The position numbers and the translations under genes were made by a program. Of a stretch of DNA of 64,000 nt, positions 39,949 through 51,037 are shown piece after piece (within the stretch, counting starts at the first letter, position 1; each line of letters starts with the position of its first letter). The notes below the pieces were generated by a model. That model was not told the origin of the DNA, did not search any database, and saw only the letters and a program-made list of their open reading frames with translations. This DNA comes from Nitrospinales bacterium. Lineage in GTDB: Bacteria; Nitrospinota; Nitrospinia; Nitrospinales; VA-1. The DNA is taken from positions 1,376,001-1,440,000 of the forward strand of contig OZ253496.1 in NCBI GenBank assembly GCA_965262115.1. Reading direction: 5' to 3'.

Positions 39949-39992
39949 AAAACCCTAGAAGTCAATCACCCCAACCCTATTCGAAAAGGGTA

Positions 39993-40373
39993 TTAACTAT
40001 CATTCAGGTAAGCTTGTACTAGAGCTTGGAGTTTCTGAGGGGTTTCTTCTGAATCTAATGCGCCTTGCTGTATTCTCTTCAAAAGCCCATCTGAAACATA
40101 ACCAACAACAAAATCACCTTTCAATACCCGGTCTAATGTTTGCTCTGGGTAGGCATGACCTTCTGCGTAATAAATGACTGATTTATGTTTAATAAAGTCA
40201 TGCTCTCCTGCTTCAATTATGCATGCTTTGTCAGAATCATCTTTGTAGGTAGTAACATTAAAACATACTACATCCTTATTCGCACTTTTAGAAACAACTA
40301 CCCATAAATGACTAAGTCTATCACCAGAAAGACTCCGAAAAGTTTGTCCCACATCCATTATTTTTTCATGCAA
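39993..40373 (-). CDS. Putative toxin (PemK/MazF-like fold) paired with a Panacea antitoxin
   Basis: HLWVVVS...VTT...EHDFIKHKSVIYY pattern; abuts or overlaps the antitoxin stop; AT-rich. Confidence 0.55.
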   Translation of the reverse strand: MHEKIMDVGQTFRSLSGDRLSHLWVVVSKSANKDVVCFNVTTYKDDSDKACIIEAGEHDFIKHKSVIYYAEGHAYPEQTLDRVLKGDFVVGYVSDGLLKRIQQGALDSEETPQKLQALVQAYLNDS

Positions 40374-40909
40374 TATTCAAAGTTGAATATTTCTTCAGCT
40401 TCTTCGGACATACGATCTATAGTCTCTTGAGAAACACCTTCGGCCTTTAAAATTTCTTCAGGATTAATCACGCGACTCGACCCCCCAGGATATCTCCACT
40501 CCGGCAAATCATGAGTTAACGTAATTAGGTCATGTCGGCTCTTATGCCCATGCTCTGTAAATATCTTTTCTAAAACCTTAAGCTCATACTTAGATAACTC
40601 GTCTGTTTCTGGATTCTCTTTGGCTAAAGACACATTATAATTATCCGCTTCTGTCACGTATTCATACCAGTCTTTAGTTTCTTCTGATATTTCACCCTGA
40701 AATCTATTCAAAATTACAGAAAGGATGGGTCCTTGCCTCATAGAGTACATAGTATCTCTAGTAATAGGTCGGCCCTTTTCTATTAAAGATTGTCTGTCTG
40801 CCAAATAAAGTAATTTCAATAGGGCTTGGTAATTAAATACCCCGCCTTTTTTTTGAATGAACCAAGCCGTTGTTTGAGCCGCCTTTCTTTCATTGAATGT
40901 AAAATGCAT
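40358..40909 (-). CDS. Panacea-domain (DUF4065/SocA-like) antitoxin
   Basis: LLKLLYLADR, GRPIT, QGP, LS..E...L and THDLPEW motifs. Confidence 0.85.
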   Translation of the reverse strand: MHFTFNERKAAQTTAWFIQKKGGVFNYQALLKLLYLADRQSLIEKGRPITRDTMYSMRQGPILSVILNRFQGEISEETKDWYEYVTEADNYNVSLAKENPETDELSKYELKVLEKIFTEHGHKSRHDLITLTHDLPEWRYPGGSSRVINPEEILKAEGVSQETIDRMSEEAEEIFNFEYCMKK

Positions 40910-42014
40910 AATGCTCTTCCTAAAAGTGATTACTCTAAATACATTTTAGCTATTTTTCCCATTTAATTGCAAATCCCCATTTCAATATTTTTACACAACC
41001 CAAAACCCCTCAGACGCAAGCCCTAGTAAATCTTTTTTAATTCTGTAATTATCTCTTAATTGCATCAAATATTTTAGGATAATCAGTGATCTTCCCCTGT
41101 TTTAGTGGACAGTTAGTTAAGAGGCATAGGCCTGTTTCTCGAATTCGGCAGGGCTGAGATAGCCGAGATATTAGTGACGGCGTTGCCGATTATAAAACAC
41201 TTCGATATATTCAAAAATATCCTTCTTTGCTTGCTGACGGGTTTTGTAGTTCCGGTTATGAATGAGTTCCACTTTGAGAGTATGGAAAAAACTCTCCGCC
41301 ACGGCGTTATCCCAGCAATCGCCCTTCCGGCTCATACTGCACTCTATCCCATGAACATTGAGCAAGGCTTGAAAATCGTTGCAGGCATATTGAACCCCCC
41401 GGTCAGAATGGTGAATCAATCCCGGTTTCATGCCGCCGTTCTTCATTGCCATATTTAAAGCTCTCATTACCAACCAACGGGTTATCCAACGATCCATGGC
41501 CCAACCAATAACTTTACGGTGGAATAAATCCAGCGTCACCGCAAGGTATAACCAGCCCTCTTGAGTCGGGATATAGGTGATATCCGAAACCCAGCATTGA
41601 CCGGGCTCAGCAACATTAAACCGCCGTTGCAGTTTGTTTTTTGCCACCGGGTGATTATGTTTGGAATCGGTTGTCACCCTAAACTTTCTTTTGTGCTTGG
41701 CAACGATTCCATGCTCGCGCATAAGACGGGCAATACGATGCCTGCCAATGGCATATCCCTTGTCTTTCAAGTCCTCATGAATTCTGGGACTGCCATAAGT
41801 CTGGCGACTCTTCTTATAAACGGTTTTGATCTCATCAACCCATCGCTGCTTCTCACGGCTCCTCAGGCTCTCGGGGCGGCTCAGCCAGGCATAGAACCCA
41901 CTTCGTCCCACTTCCAGAACCCGGCACATCGGGCTTACCGGAAATGCTTCTCGATGATCCCGTATAAACCGATATCTCATTGGGAACCCTTCGAGTACCC
42001 CTTGTATGTTGTTC

Positions 42015-43174
<1,160 letters not shown>

Positions 43175-43191
43175 CATTTAACACAGTTGCT

Positions 43192-43302
43192 TCGGGGCAT
43201 GAGATACCCGTGCCGGGCATGAAGGCAAAGGTAAAATATCACATACCCGTGCCGGGCATGAATTTTAAGGAAGAGGACATCACAGCTATGAAAGAATATC
43301 AC
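43192..43302. repeat. Tandem mini-element array
   Basis: TACCCGTGCCGGGCATGAAGGCAAAGGTAAAATATCACA followed by TACCCGTGCCGGGCATGAATTTTAAGGAAGAGGACATCACA. Confidence 0.85.
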
Positions 43303-43415
43303 GGCCACCGGCGGCTCGTCGGCCACGCCTGGTGGGTTGACGGAGCCGGGTTAGGGCGTTATGATTCTTTTTCATTAAATTTCTGGAGCAAAGAATGGGG
43401 TACAAAGAATCTTAT

Positions 43416-43571
43416 ATGCCTGAACCCTTGGATGAGGGCCAAAAGAAGAAGAAAAAAGAAATTTTAAATACCCGGATTGCTCCGGTCGACTTTGAAAATA
43501 TTAAGGATGTGGGTGATCTGGTGGAGTCGTTTCAATCGGCTTCCATTCAGGCCCGAAACCTCGGGCAATGC
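43416..43571 (+). pseudogene. 5' fragment of a deoxyhypusine/homospermidine synthase-like gene fused to the IS3 end
   Basis: PVDFENIKDVGDLVESFQSASIQARNLG resembles the DHS-family N-terminus; the sequence switches to IS3 at 43562. Confidence 0.6.
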
Positions 43572-43818
43572 TATCGCCTACTTCAATAACCAATCGAACC
43601 GCTTCTAACTTGAATTCTTTACTGAAACTCCTGCGTTTGGTTCCCATAAAAACACCTCCAAAAGTGTATTATCCACACTTTTCGATGTGTCCACCAATTC
43701 AGGGGAAGATCACAGTATCTAGTAAAATATGTAGTTCACTTTGAAAAAGGGGGATAAAGCCTCATCTAAGCCGAAACAAGTTTTTGCCAGCCAGAAAATT
43801 TGCTATCTGCCTCCCTGG

Positions 43819-44643
43819 TCAGGGACCCGTCAGGTGATTGAGAAGCAACTGCACATTACGGTCGCCGGGTTTGGCGCCGACAAAGCCCTCGATATCACCG
43901 GGCCCGGCTCGGGCATCACCATCGACATCTATTCTTGCCGCCAGCACCATCGGGCCTTCAAAAGCTGCTCCGGGCATCATGATGTCCTGCGGTCCCAATA
44001 CAAATTCATAAGGAAGCTGAAGGTCGGCGATGCGCTTGACCGCCAGCGGTGGGCCGCGTTTCACGCCATCAGACCGGGCAAAAATAAACAGGGTGCCATT
44101 GACCGGGATCTTTTTCCTGAGCGCCTCGCTCACGTTGACCGTTCCCTGGATGTTGTAAGCATCGGCGCTTATCCTGTTGTTCAGCACCAGTTGAACGCCT
44201 TTTTGTCCGGCGGTGACTTGCACCTTTCCTTCCACATCACCCGGACTGGACTTTCTATTGCCATCCTGATCAAGCCGGACCGTCAGGTTCATGGTTCCTT
44301 CAAATTGGGTTCCCTCGATCATGGTATGCAGCTGCCCGATCTTAAACTCAAAGGGGAACTGGAAAACACCGTGGCGTTTGACCGCCAGCGGTGGCCCGGC
44401 ATCCACCCCCTCGGGCCGGGCAAAAATGAACAATCCGGCACTCGGGCTCAAACTCACCTTCAGCGCAGGGTCGAGTACAATAGTACCAGAAACGTCATTA
44501 AGGTGAATCGTCGGATCGGCCTTTCTGGCCAGTTCTTTTTTCAGGCTTTCGGGCAGAGGGTGCTCTTTCAAGTCCCGATCACACCCCGCTAGCCCAAGAA
44601 TTCCCAAAAAATAGAAAAATAACGCTAATCGTTTCAAAATCAT
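43819..44643 (-). CDS. Lipoprotein with two tandem CcmI/CycH C-terminal-like domains
   Basis: Lipobox LAGC; the module G.LFIFAR..G...GPPLAVKR.....P.EF.....M..G..FEG...L..R.D.DG.....PGD.EG occurs twice. Confidence 0.75.
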   Translation of the reverse strand: MILKRLALFFYFLGILGLAGCDRDLKEHPLPESLKKELARKADPTIHLNDVSGTIVLDPALKVSLSPSAGLFIFARPEGVDAGPPLAVKRHGVFQFPFEFKIGQLHTMIEGTQFEGTMNLTVRLDQDGNRKSSPGDVEGKVQVTAGQKGVQLVLNNRISADAYNIQGTVNVSEALRKKIPVNGTLFIFARSDGVKRGPPLAVKRIADLQLPYEFVLGPQDIMMPGAAFEGPMVLAARIDVDGDARAGPGDIEGFVGAKPGDRNVQLLLNHLTGP

Positions 44644-44876
44644 CCTCCGATAAGAGCATACAGGCCGAAGAAATAAATCCTGGGCAGGTGCTTGACATCC
44701 TAACTAGTAGATTTCATTAATACTACAATACCCAGTTAATAATTTCATTTGGCCCAAAGGGCTGAAACCGACCCAACACGTTGATCTATCAACCGGGCGT
44801 AGGCGCTTCAATATATATTCAAACCTCCAAACCGGGGCGAAAATCGACCAGGTCGGCCTTAAGTTTGGAGTGTAAC

Positions 44877-45062
44877 ATGTTTCACGAAGTCAAAATATTC
44901 GATAAAAAGGGCAAAGTCAAAAAGGTCCTTTCCAGCGAGAAGCTCAGCACAAAGTACTGGGACTCGTTTTTTAACAATCCATTGAGCGGATCGATGAAAG
45001 CGAAGGGACGCAGACGAAAATCGCAGAAAAACGTGGATTGCGACGATGAAAATCTTGAATAG
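44877..45062 (+). CDS. Small basic hypothetical protein (61 aa)
   Basis: GGAG RBS; MFHEVKIFDKKGKVKKVLS... Confidence 0.6.
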   Translation: MFHEVKIFDKKGKVKKVLSSEKLSTKYWDSFFNNPLSGSMKAKGRRRKSQKNVDCDDENLE

Positions 45063-45388
45063 TCTGATTGACTTGAACTTTCAGCTCCGGTGACGGAGCC
45101 CATACAATTTTATTGGGATAATTTTGATGACTGGCTGACTCCTAATCCTCCACCAAGGTAGAGTTGGAACAATTGCAATTACCCCATACATGGGAGGCGA
45201 CTCCAGGAGGAATTGCCTCCCATGTGCCCTAAATTCTTCATCCCCCCAACTTTAAAACCCGTTAGCGAAGCACCCTCCCCTAAATGCGCCGTTTTGCGGA
45301 CCGCATCTAAAAAATAGCCAAACTCCGATATCATCACAGATGATGTTGTAACTTTCTAAATTCATATTCCAATATTGCCAAAAAGGAT

Positions 45389-45448
45389 ATGGCAGAATCA
45401 AAAAAGAAAATATTGATCGTTGATGATGAAAAATCCATCGCCATATGA
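45389..45448 (+). pseudogene. Response-regulator receiver-domain remnant
   Basis: MAESKKKILIVDDEKSIAI followed by a stop; canonical REC N-terminus. Confidence 0.55.
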
Positions 45449-45620
45449 TTGAAACAAATTCAAAAAACTCTTGTTGCCGAGGTTCAACCCTCTGAAGTTT
45501 CAAAGAATATAATGAGTGAGGTTGAACTGGTATTAATGATTCTTGAAAGAAAAGGGTTGAACACCCGAGATCAGACAAAAGAAGAACTCAATAAAGTCAA
45601 ATCCAGGCTGAAAAAATAAT

Positions 45621-46079
45621 CTAACGCTCCAACATCCGCGCGGAAACCATTAACAATCCGGAAAATGCCACCATAACCAGATCTTCCACGATGGTCCAAC
45701 CATCCAAAGGTCGGGCGAAAAACACACCAAAGCACCCACAGTTGGGAATATCAAGTCCTCTCATAACCGTCACTGAGGCCCAAAGCGTAAACACCGTATG
45801 CAACCCCAATGAACTAAACGCCGCCCAAAATATTATGCGCCCACTGAACAACCAAAAAGACAAAATTAGCTCCGCGGCTATCATGCCCACGGCAACAGGA
45901 TAGAGCATCCAGTCTGCAAACGCCTGATAAGTGATCAGGACTTCGACAAAACCCGGAATATCCAGAGCCTTGCCCAATCCCGTGGTCAGTAGAATGGCCG
46001 CGATAAAAAACCGCAGAAAACGACCGAAGATTTTATTGTTGGTTAAGCGTCCAGTCATAAGGAATAAACTTGATGTCAT
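45621..46079 (-). CDS. MauE/DoxX-family membrane protein
   Basis: GLGKALD...AELIL...RGLDIPNCGCFG motifs. Confidence 0.85.
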   Translation of the reverse strand: MTSSLFLMTGRLTNNKIFGRFLRFFIAAILLTTGLGKALDIPGFVEVLITYQAFADWMLYPVAVGMIAAELILSFWLFSGRIIFWAAFSSLGLHTVFTLWASVTVMRGLDIPNCGCFGVFFARPLDGWTIVEDLVMVAFSGLLMVSARMLER

Positions 46080-46851
46080 AATGTTCGGGGACCGGGGTTT
46101 TGCGGTACCTGTTGATATAAGTGATTAATGTAGGGGTTCGTTGGTCATCCACAAAATCTTCGGTATAAAAATCCATAATCTCCGAAAGGTAGACTACTTT
46201 TTTCTTTCTAAGGACTTTGACATTGCGCGATTGATTTAAAAATTCATAGGTGACGCGTTCCAATTGCCTGTCCAACTGACTCGCCTTGAACGGAACCTGC
46301 GGCAGGCGGGGGCACCCCACAACCATACAATTCAAAGCAAAGTGAACCCTCGGGTCTCCCAAGGGCCGGATGATTTTGTTTTCGTAATCCAATAGCGAAA
46401 TCCAGTCTTTGCCAACGACGTACCGGGTGAGTTTAAAAAATTTTGCGCGCTCCAGCAGGCTTTCGAATCCTTCTTCCACCTCAAGCTTCACCACCCCGTA
46501 CATAGCCAGGGCATTATAAGAATTCAGGTAATACGCCAACCGGCTATCCGGGCCGGGAAACAAATCGGGACGATTGTGCGGCGCATTGTGTCCGATGTAT
46601 GCCACATAGGCACGCAGGCGGCCAGGGTTTCGGGCCAAACCTGAAAAATCAATCTGGCCTTGAGCATCCACCGCCTGTTTCAAAATGACGGCCCATAATC
46701 GATCCGCTTGCTTTGGTGTCCAGTCCTTCTGAGTTTCAGAAGATGTTGGTATTTTAATATTCTTACTGCACCCCTGGAGAACGCCCATAGCCATCAGGGC
46801 GAACAAAAGAAAGACAAAACGATAAAATAGATGTCGTGCATTGAGGATCAA
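46033..46851 (-). CDS. DUF547 lipoprotein
   Basis: LAYYLNSYNA, DPRVHFALNCMVVGCP and YDWTLN motifs. Confidence 0.88.
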   Translation of the reverse strand: MILNARHLFYRFVFLLFALMAMGVLQGCSKNIKIPTSSETQKDWTPKQADRLWAVILKQAVDAQGQIDFSGLARNPGRLRAYVAYIGHNAPHNRPDLFPGPDSRLAYYLNSYNALAMYGVVKLEVEEGFESLLERAKFFKLTRYVVGKDWISLLDYENKIIRPLGDPRVHFALNCMVVGCPRLPQVPFKASQLDRQLERVTYEFLNQSRNVKVLRKKKVVYLSEIMDFYTEDFVDDQRTPTLITYINRYRKTPVPEHYDIKFIPYDWTLNQQ

Positions 46852-48227
46852 GCGGCGGGGTCCTTTATCAAAGTTTTTGCGGAAGAAAGCGGATAAAAAA
46901 TTTCTTTACCATGATCGGTTTCGATTTCCAGTGGACGCAAAATATATTCATCCCTTTCAGCATTGTGTGCGCACATCGAAACCGGACCGTCGGGCGTCAT
47001 CACCATAAAGGAACAGGCGTCGATTCGTTCCTGATCTAAATGGTCTGCGTGCATAAAATTTTTCACGAAAAAAATAATCGGTCGAGCTTTTCCTCCAGCC
47101 GCCCAAAAATGATGCCGAAGGAACCACAATCTGGTCAGGACATATCTCAACATCTCTAACAGCCAACGGGGTTTGCGTAGCATGACTTTAAAATAGGACC
47201 AGGCGATCGCCGAAGCACTTTGCCTCCGATCATGCATGACATCACCGAACTCACGTAAAAATCCGGCAAATAAATTCGCATCGTCCACCAGGCCGAATGC
47301 TTTTCCGTTCACCGCCAGGGCAGGTAAATAACTTTGGCATTGGGGATGCCCGACCAGAACAACCTCCCAGGGTAATTCAGAACCTGCCCCCAGGCTGATC
47401 TGATTGCGAACGGATTCCAAACTTATGCAGTCCGGTCGGCCCCGCACTTCGCCGCGCCCGGTATCCGCTTGCAATTGAAACGATGTCAAACCCACCACAG
47501 CGGATTGCCCGATAAAAAACTGCACCAGGTCTGGAAGTTCATGGTAATTATCCGTGAAGATGGTCGTATTGAACATGACCATCAAAGGTAAGCCCCGGGC
47601 ACGTTCAATATATTCGAGTCGAATGGTGTTCAGTTCATTTTCAGTGGTGAACCCCTTTCGTTTTTGGGTCAGGTCTACATGGAACGCCACGTCACTCAAC
47701 CCAGTTTTGCACAGCTCGACCAGTAAATCCCGGGGGCACAGTATTCCATTTGTGAGCAGCGATGGATGCAATCCCAGGTTACGCGCGTATCGCACAATCT
47801 GAACCAACTCGGCACGGTCCCGCATAGTCGGGTCACCGCCACTGATTTGGACGTTGGTCCCGATACCAAAATTCCGGCGCACACCTTCCAACCGCTCAAA
47901 TACTTCGGATAAAGGGAGATCAGTAACGTCGTTGGAATTTTCGGACAAATAGCACAAAGAGCAACTCAAGTTGCATCGTTGGCTGATCTCAACCGATACA
48001 CACCCGATCGAGTTGCGAGAACCCAAAAATTGATTGGGTTGGTTAAACTTTCCCAACCGCTTGCGGGTGGCTCTCAGTGCTTTTTCGCGTTCCTTTTTTT
48101 CGTCTTCGCTTATCTCCGCCGTCTGCACAGCATCGAATATCTTGGTACGTTTTATATTTTTCATATGGATAGGTCGTTCAGGGGTTGTTTTCGAGAAACG
48201 CTTCAAGTAAGTCCTGGACAAAGACAT
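46848..48227 (-). CDS. Radical SAM protein of unknown function
   Basis: CNLSCSLC (CxxxCxxC) and ISGGDPT motifs; C-terminal ACSF...TPDG..SMCAHN. Confidence 0.9.
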   Translation of the reverse strand: MSLSRTYLKRFSKTTPERPIHMKNIKRTKIFDAVQTAEISEDEKKEREKALRATRKRLGKFNQPNQFLGSRNSIGCVSVEISQRCNLSCSLCYLSENSNDVTDLPLSEVFERLEGVRRNFGIGTNVQISGGDPTMRDRAELVQIVRYARNLGLHPSLLTNGILCPRDLLVELCKTGLSDVAFHVDLTQKRKGFTTENELNTIRLEYIERARGLPLMVMFNTTIFTDNYHELPDLVQFFIGQSAVVGLTSFQLQADTGRGEVRGRPDCISLESVRNQISLGAGSELPWEVVLVGHPQCQSYLPALAVNGKAFGLVDDANLFAGFLREFGDVMHDRRQSASAIAWSYFKVMLRKPRWLLEMLRYVLTRLWFLRHHFWAAGGKARPIIFFVKNFMHADHLDQERIDACSFMVMTPDGPVSMCAHNAERDEYILRPLEIETDHGKEIFYPLSSAKTLIKDPAA

Positions 48228-48426
48228 TACCTTACATTTAAAGATGCAGAAATATTGGTGCGGGTGTAAGATCCAACTGGAGAATCCGACCCGTCTTGAA
48301 ACCTCTCTTTCTCGGAGGATTAGCGCTGCTTGTTTTAGAACCCATTTATCATGAAATCAATCAAACGCGTCTCTCTCATTGTTATTTTACTGACCGGAGT
48401 GTTTTATTTCTACCAGGCTTGGGCAC

Positions 48427-48867
48427 ATGACCGGCCTGACCAATTGGATCAACTCTTCTGAAATTCGTTCTATGGACGAATTAAAAGGAAAGGTCGTTCT
48501 CATCGATTTTTGGACGTTTGGTTGCATTAATTGCATCCACACCTTACCGCATGTACAAAAATGGCATCAAGCTTATAAGGATCAAGGCTTGGTGGTCTTG
48601 GGCATTCATGCTCCGGAATTTAATTATGAGCGAAAACTGAATAACGTAATCGGAGCGGTGAAACGGTTTGGTTTGACTTTTCCAGTTGCTATCGACAATA
48701 AGTTTAAACTGTGGAGAGCATACAAAAACAGGTTTTGGCCGGCTATGTATCTGGTAGACAAAGATGGGATAGTCCGATACATGCATTTCGGCGAAGGTCG
48801 TTACCAGGAAACCGAAGCGGCTATCGTTTATCTACTCAATAAAAAATATTCGGCTTCATCAGGGTAA
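48427..48867 (+). CDS. Redoxin / thioredoxin-like (DipZ-type) protein; signal peptide from 48351 is out of frame
   Basis: LKGKVVLIDFWTFGCINC, GIHAPEF, NRFWPA and HFGEGRY motifs. Confidence 0.85.
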   Translation: MTGLTNWINSSEIRSMDELKGKVVLIDFWTFGCINCIHTLPHVQKWHQAYKDQGLVVLGIHAPEFNYERKLNNVIGAVKRFGLTFPVAIDNKFKLWRAYKNRFWPAMYLVDKDGIVRYMHFGEGRYQETEAAIVYLLNKKYSASSG

Positions 48868-48912
48868 AAATTTTGGGATACTCGTGCTGATCTCTTTTTA
48901 GTCCTTAGTCCA

Positions 48913-49470
48913 ATGAACCCAAAAATAAAGCTATTAATAATTTGCGCGCTATTAGTGACAGTTTTTTTAGTAGCAGAACTTACAGGTCTTCGGGCAAGCC
49001 TTTCTCCTCAACACATCAAAGAATTATTTCTACAGTTCCAGCTTTGGGGCATATTGATATTCTGCATAAGCTTCAGCCTCGGGAACCTGCTCTATATTCC
49101 TGGTTGGATTTTTTTGCTGGGAGCGGTTTTTGCTCTTGGTAAGGAATGAGGAGGTTTGGCCACTTATATTGCGGCTCTCACCTCTTCCACAATTAGTTTT
49201 TTCCTCATTCATAAGATAGGCAGGAATGCTCTTCGCAGCTTCAACAACAAATATGCCGATAGAATATTTTCAAAACTGGACCAATACCCGATTTACTCCA
49301 TAGAGCTGTTGAGGTTGATGTTCCAAACCGTACCGGCGCTGAATTATGCTTTGGCCATGGCAAACGTTCGATTCAGCCATTACATCCTGGGAACGATAAT
49401 CGGGCTCCCTCTTCCCATTTTTATTTATTGCTACTTTTTCGAAACCATCTTCCAGCACGTACTCAAATAG
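48913..49470 (+). pseudogene. TVP38/TMEM64 (VTT) membrane protein with an in-frame TGA
   Basis: The two ORF pieces are in frame across TGA at 49147-49149 (KE*GG); LNYALA...Y..GT..G..P motif. Confidence 0.8.
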
Positions 49471-49475
49471 CAAAA

Positions 49476-50000
49476 CTACACTTTTCCCCTATTTTTGATC
49501 GCGCCTAGAATGCCTGGCACCTGACCCGCTTTCACTTCGCTTAGTTGAGAAACATGAAAATGGTGATTCAAAAAATGGTCCAGCGCCTGTAGCGATTCAT
49601 TGCGAATGCCGGGTCCGTGCTGCCACAAATACATGATCAAACTGAGTTGTGCCATGGTGGCGGGCTTGCGCCCGGAGGAAGCAATGGGGTGAGGGGGTTT
49701 CAATCGGTCAGGGTCTTTAGTCTTAACAGCAGGCCCCGTTGCTGGCGCTGAAGGGTAGCCGCTTTCCCAGCCCAGGCTTTTAAAATGATCGAGCAGTTCA
49801 TCGATCTGTTCGTGGGTGAGGTCCTTGGCAGAGGTTTCACCAAACAACACGTTCAAAAACCCGCGATACAACTGGTCGGTCAGTTTCAAATCGCGTTTGG
49901 CAATATGAACCTTTGCCAACTCGGCCCGACTCGGCCCACCACTAGGCGTGGAGCCAGCGTGCAAATTCTTATTTTGGCTGGCAGATGACATTGGCGGCAA
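49476..50000 (-). CDS. Phage Mu GemA (DUF1018)-like protein
   Basis: AKVHIAKRDLKL...YR..L...G..SAKDL...LLDHFKSLGW motif. Confidence 0.8.
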   Translation of the reverse strand: MPPMSSASQNKNLHAGSTPSGGPSRAELAKVHIAKRDLKLTDQLYRGFLNVLFGETSAKDLTHEQIDELLDHFKSLGWESGYPSAPATGPAVKTKDPDRLKPPHPIASSGRKPATMAQLSLIMYLWQHGPGIRNESLQALDHFLNHHFHVSQLSEVKAGQVPGILGAIKNRGKV

Positions 50001-50209
50001 CCTCGTGGGTTATTGCCCAACTTCGTCCCCTGAAAAGGGCCGTGACGCTGGACCCGGAAATGGGCATAGACTCGGCGGACAATTTCCTGGATGAATCGGT
50101 AGTTGGTTTTCCAGGCATAGGACACCTCCCCGATTTCTTATTAAATATAAGTCAAAAAGGAAAATCGGCAAGGCAGGGTTGCTAAGCTATTAATTTGGAA
50201 GGGATTTGC

Positions 50210-51037
50210 TTAAACATGGCGGAAGTCTTTGCCCTCAAGGCGGACCTTCTTGCACATTTCCATCAAGCGGGAAAAAATGCGTGGGCCGATTTTCTCCTCC
50301 AGAGTGTAGGAAGGCGCGGATTTTTTACTGCCGTCGATTGCCGACTTGTCATTGAAGTTGGTGGTGACCAGTGTCACCTTGTCATCATCGTTGTAGCGGG
50401 TGGAGATGAAGTGATCAAGAATGGTGAGCTCCCAATCCGTGTTCCTGCCCTTGGCCAACTCATCAACCACCAATACCTTGACGCCGACATAGGGATTGAT
50501 GAATTCGCCTTCCGAGATATCTTCTCCATAACCGTGGCGGATGTCGCGCAACAGTTCAAAAAAGTCGACGAACTTGCATTCGATGCCATGTTTTAAAATC
50601 AGTTCCTTGATGATGGATACGGCGAGATGGGTTTTGCCCAGGCCGGGTTCGCCCATGAAAATCAAACCCTGACTGTATTGACCCTGCATCTGGACAAACT
50701 CTTTGATGAAGGTTCTGGACCGGGTTAAAGCGTCTTTCAGCGACCTGTGCCGGGGTGGTGTGACCTCAAAATTGTCCAGACCCTCGTGCACAAACTTGCC
50801 CGGAATCCCAGCTTGATTGAATAGCTTTAATCTTTTATTAAAGTCGGCGCATTGGCATTCGTGGATTCGGGAAATGCCATTCGCATCTTCCTCTAAAATT
50901 CTTCCCGTTCCCTGACAACTTTCACAGGCAAAACATTTGCAGGCTTCGGCGTGGACTTTGCCTTTTTGATTGGACACCACATACTGATGATCGCGGCAGG
51001 TGCTGCAGGTTATCGAGTTGGCCGTTGTACTTTTCAT
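50210..51037 (-). CDS. DnaC/DnaI/IstB-like ATPase with N-terminal Zn motifs
   Basis: Several CxxC/CxC motifs; GEPGLGKTHLA, LVVDEL, TTN and RIFSRL.EMC motifs. Confidence 0.85.
   Translation of the reverse strand: MKSTTANSITCSTCRDHQYVVSNQKGKVHAEACKCFACESCQGTGRILEEDANGISRIHECQCADFNKRLKLFNQAGIPGKFVHEGLDNFEVTPPRHRSLKDALTRSRTFIKEFVQMQGQYSQGLIFMGEPGLGKTHLAVSIIKELILKHGIECKFVDFFELLRDIRHGYGEDISEGEFINPYVGVKVLVVDELAKGRNTDWELTILDHFISTRYNDDDKVTLVTTNFNDKSAIDGSKKSAPSYTLEEKIGPRIFSRLMEMCKKVRLEGKDFRHV

Noticed and set aside
43192..43302. Tandem ~39-nt units resembling a CRISPR array (also 58698-58774 and 63019-63099)
   Set aside because: Units are head-to-tail with no unique spacers, there are only 2-3 per cluster, they are dispersed across the window, and no cas genes are present.
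49147..49149. In-frame TGA (and TAG at 19216) as selenocysteine/pyrrolysine or an alternative genetic code
   Set aside because: Both fall where Trp (TGG) is plausible, each one G-to-A change away. TGA and TAG terminate ordinary genes here (leuS, coaD, holA, nxrC), so nonsense mutation or sequencing error is simpler.
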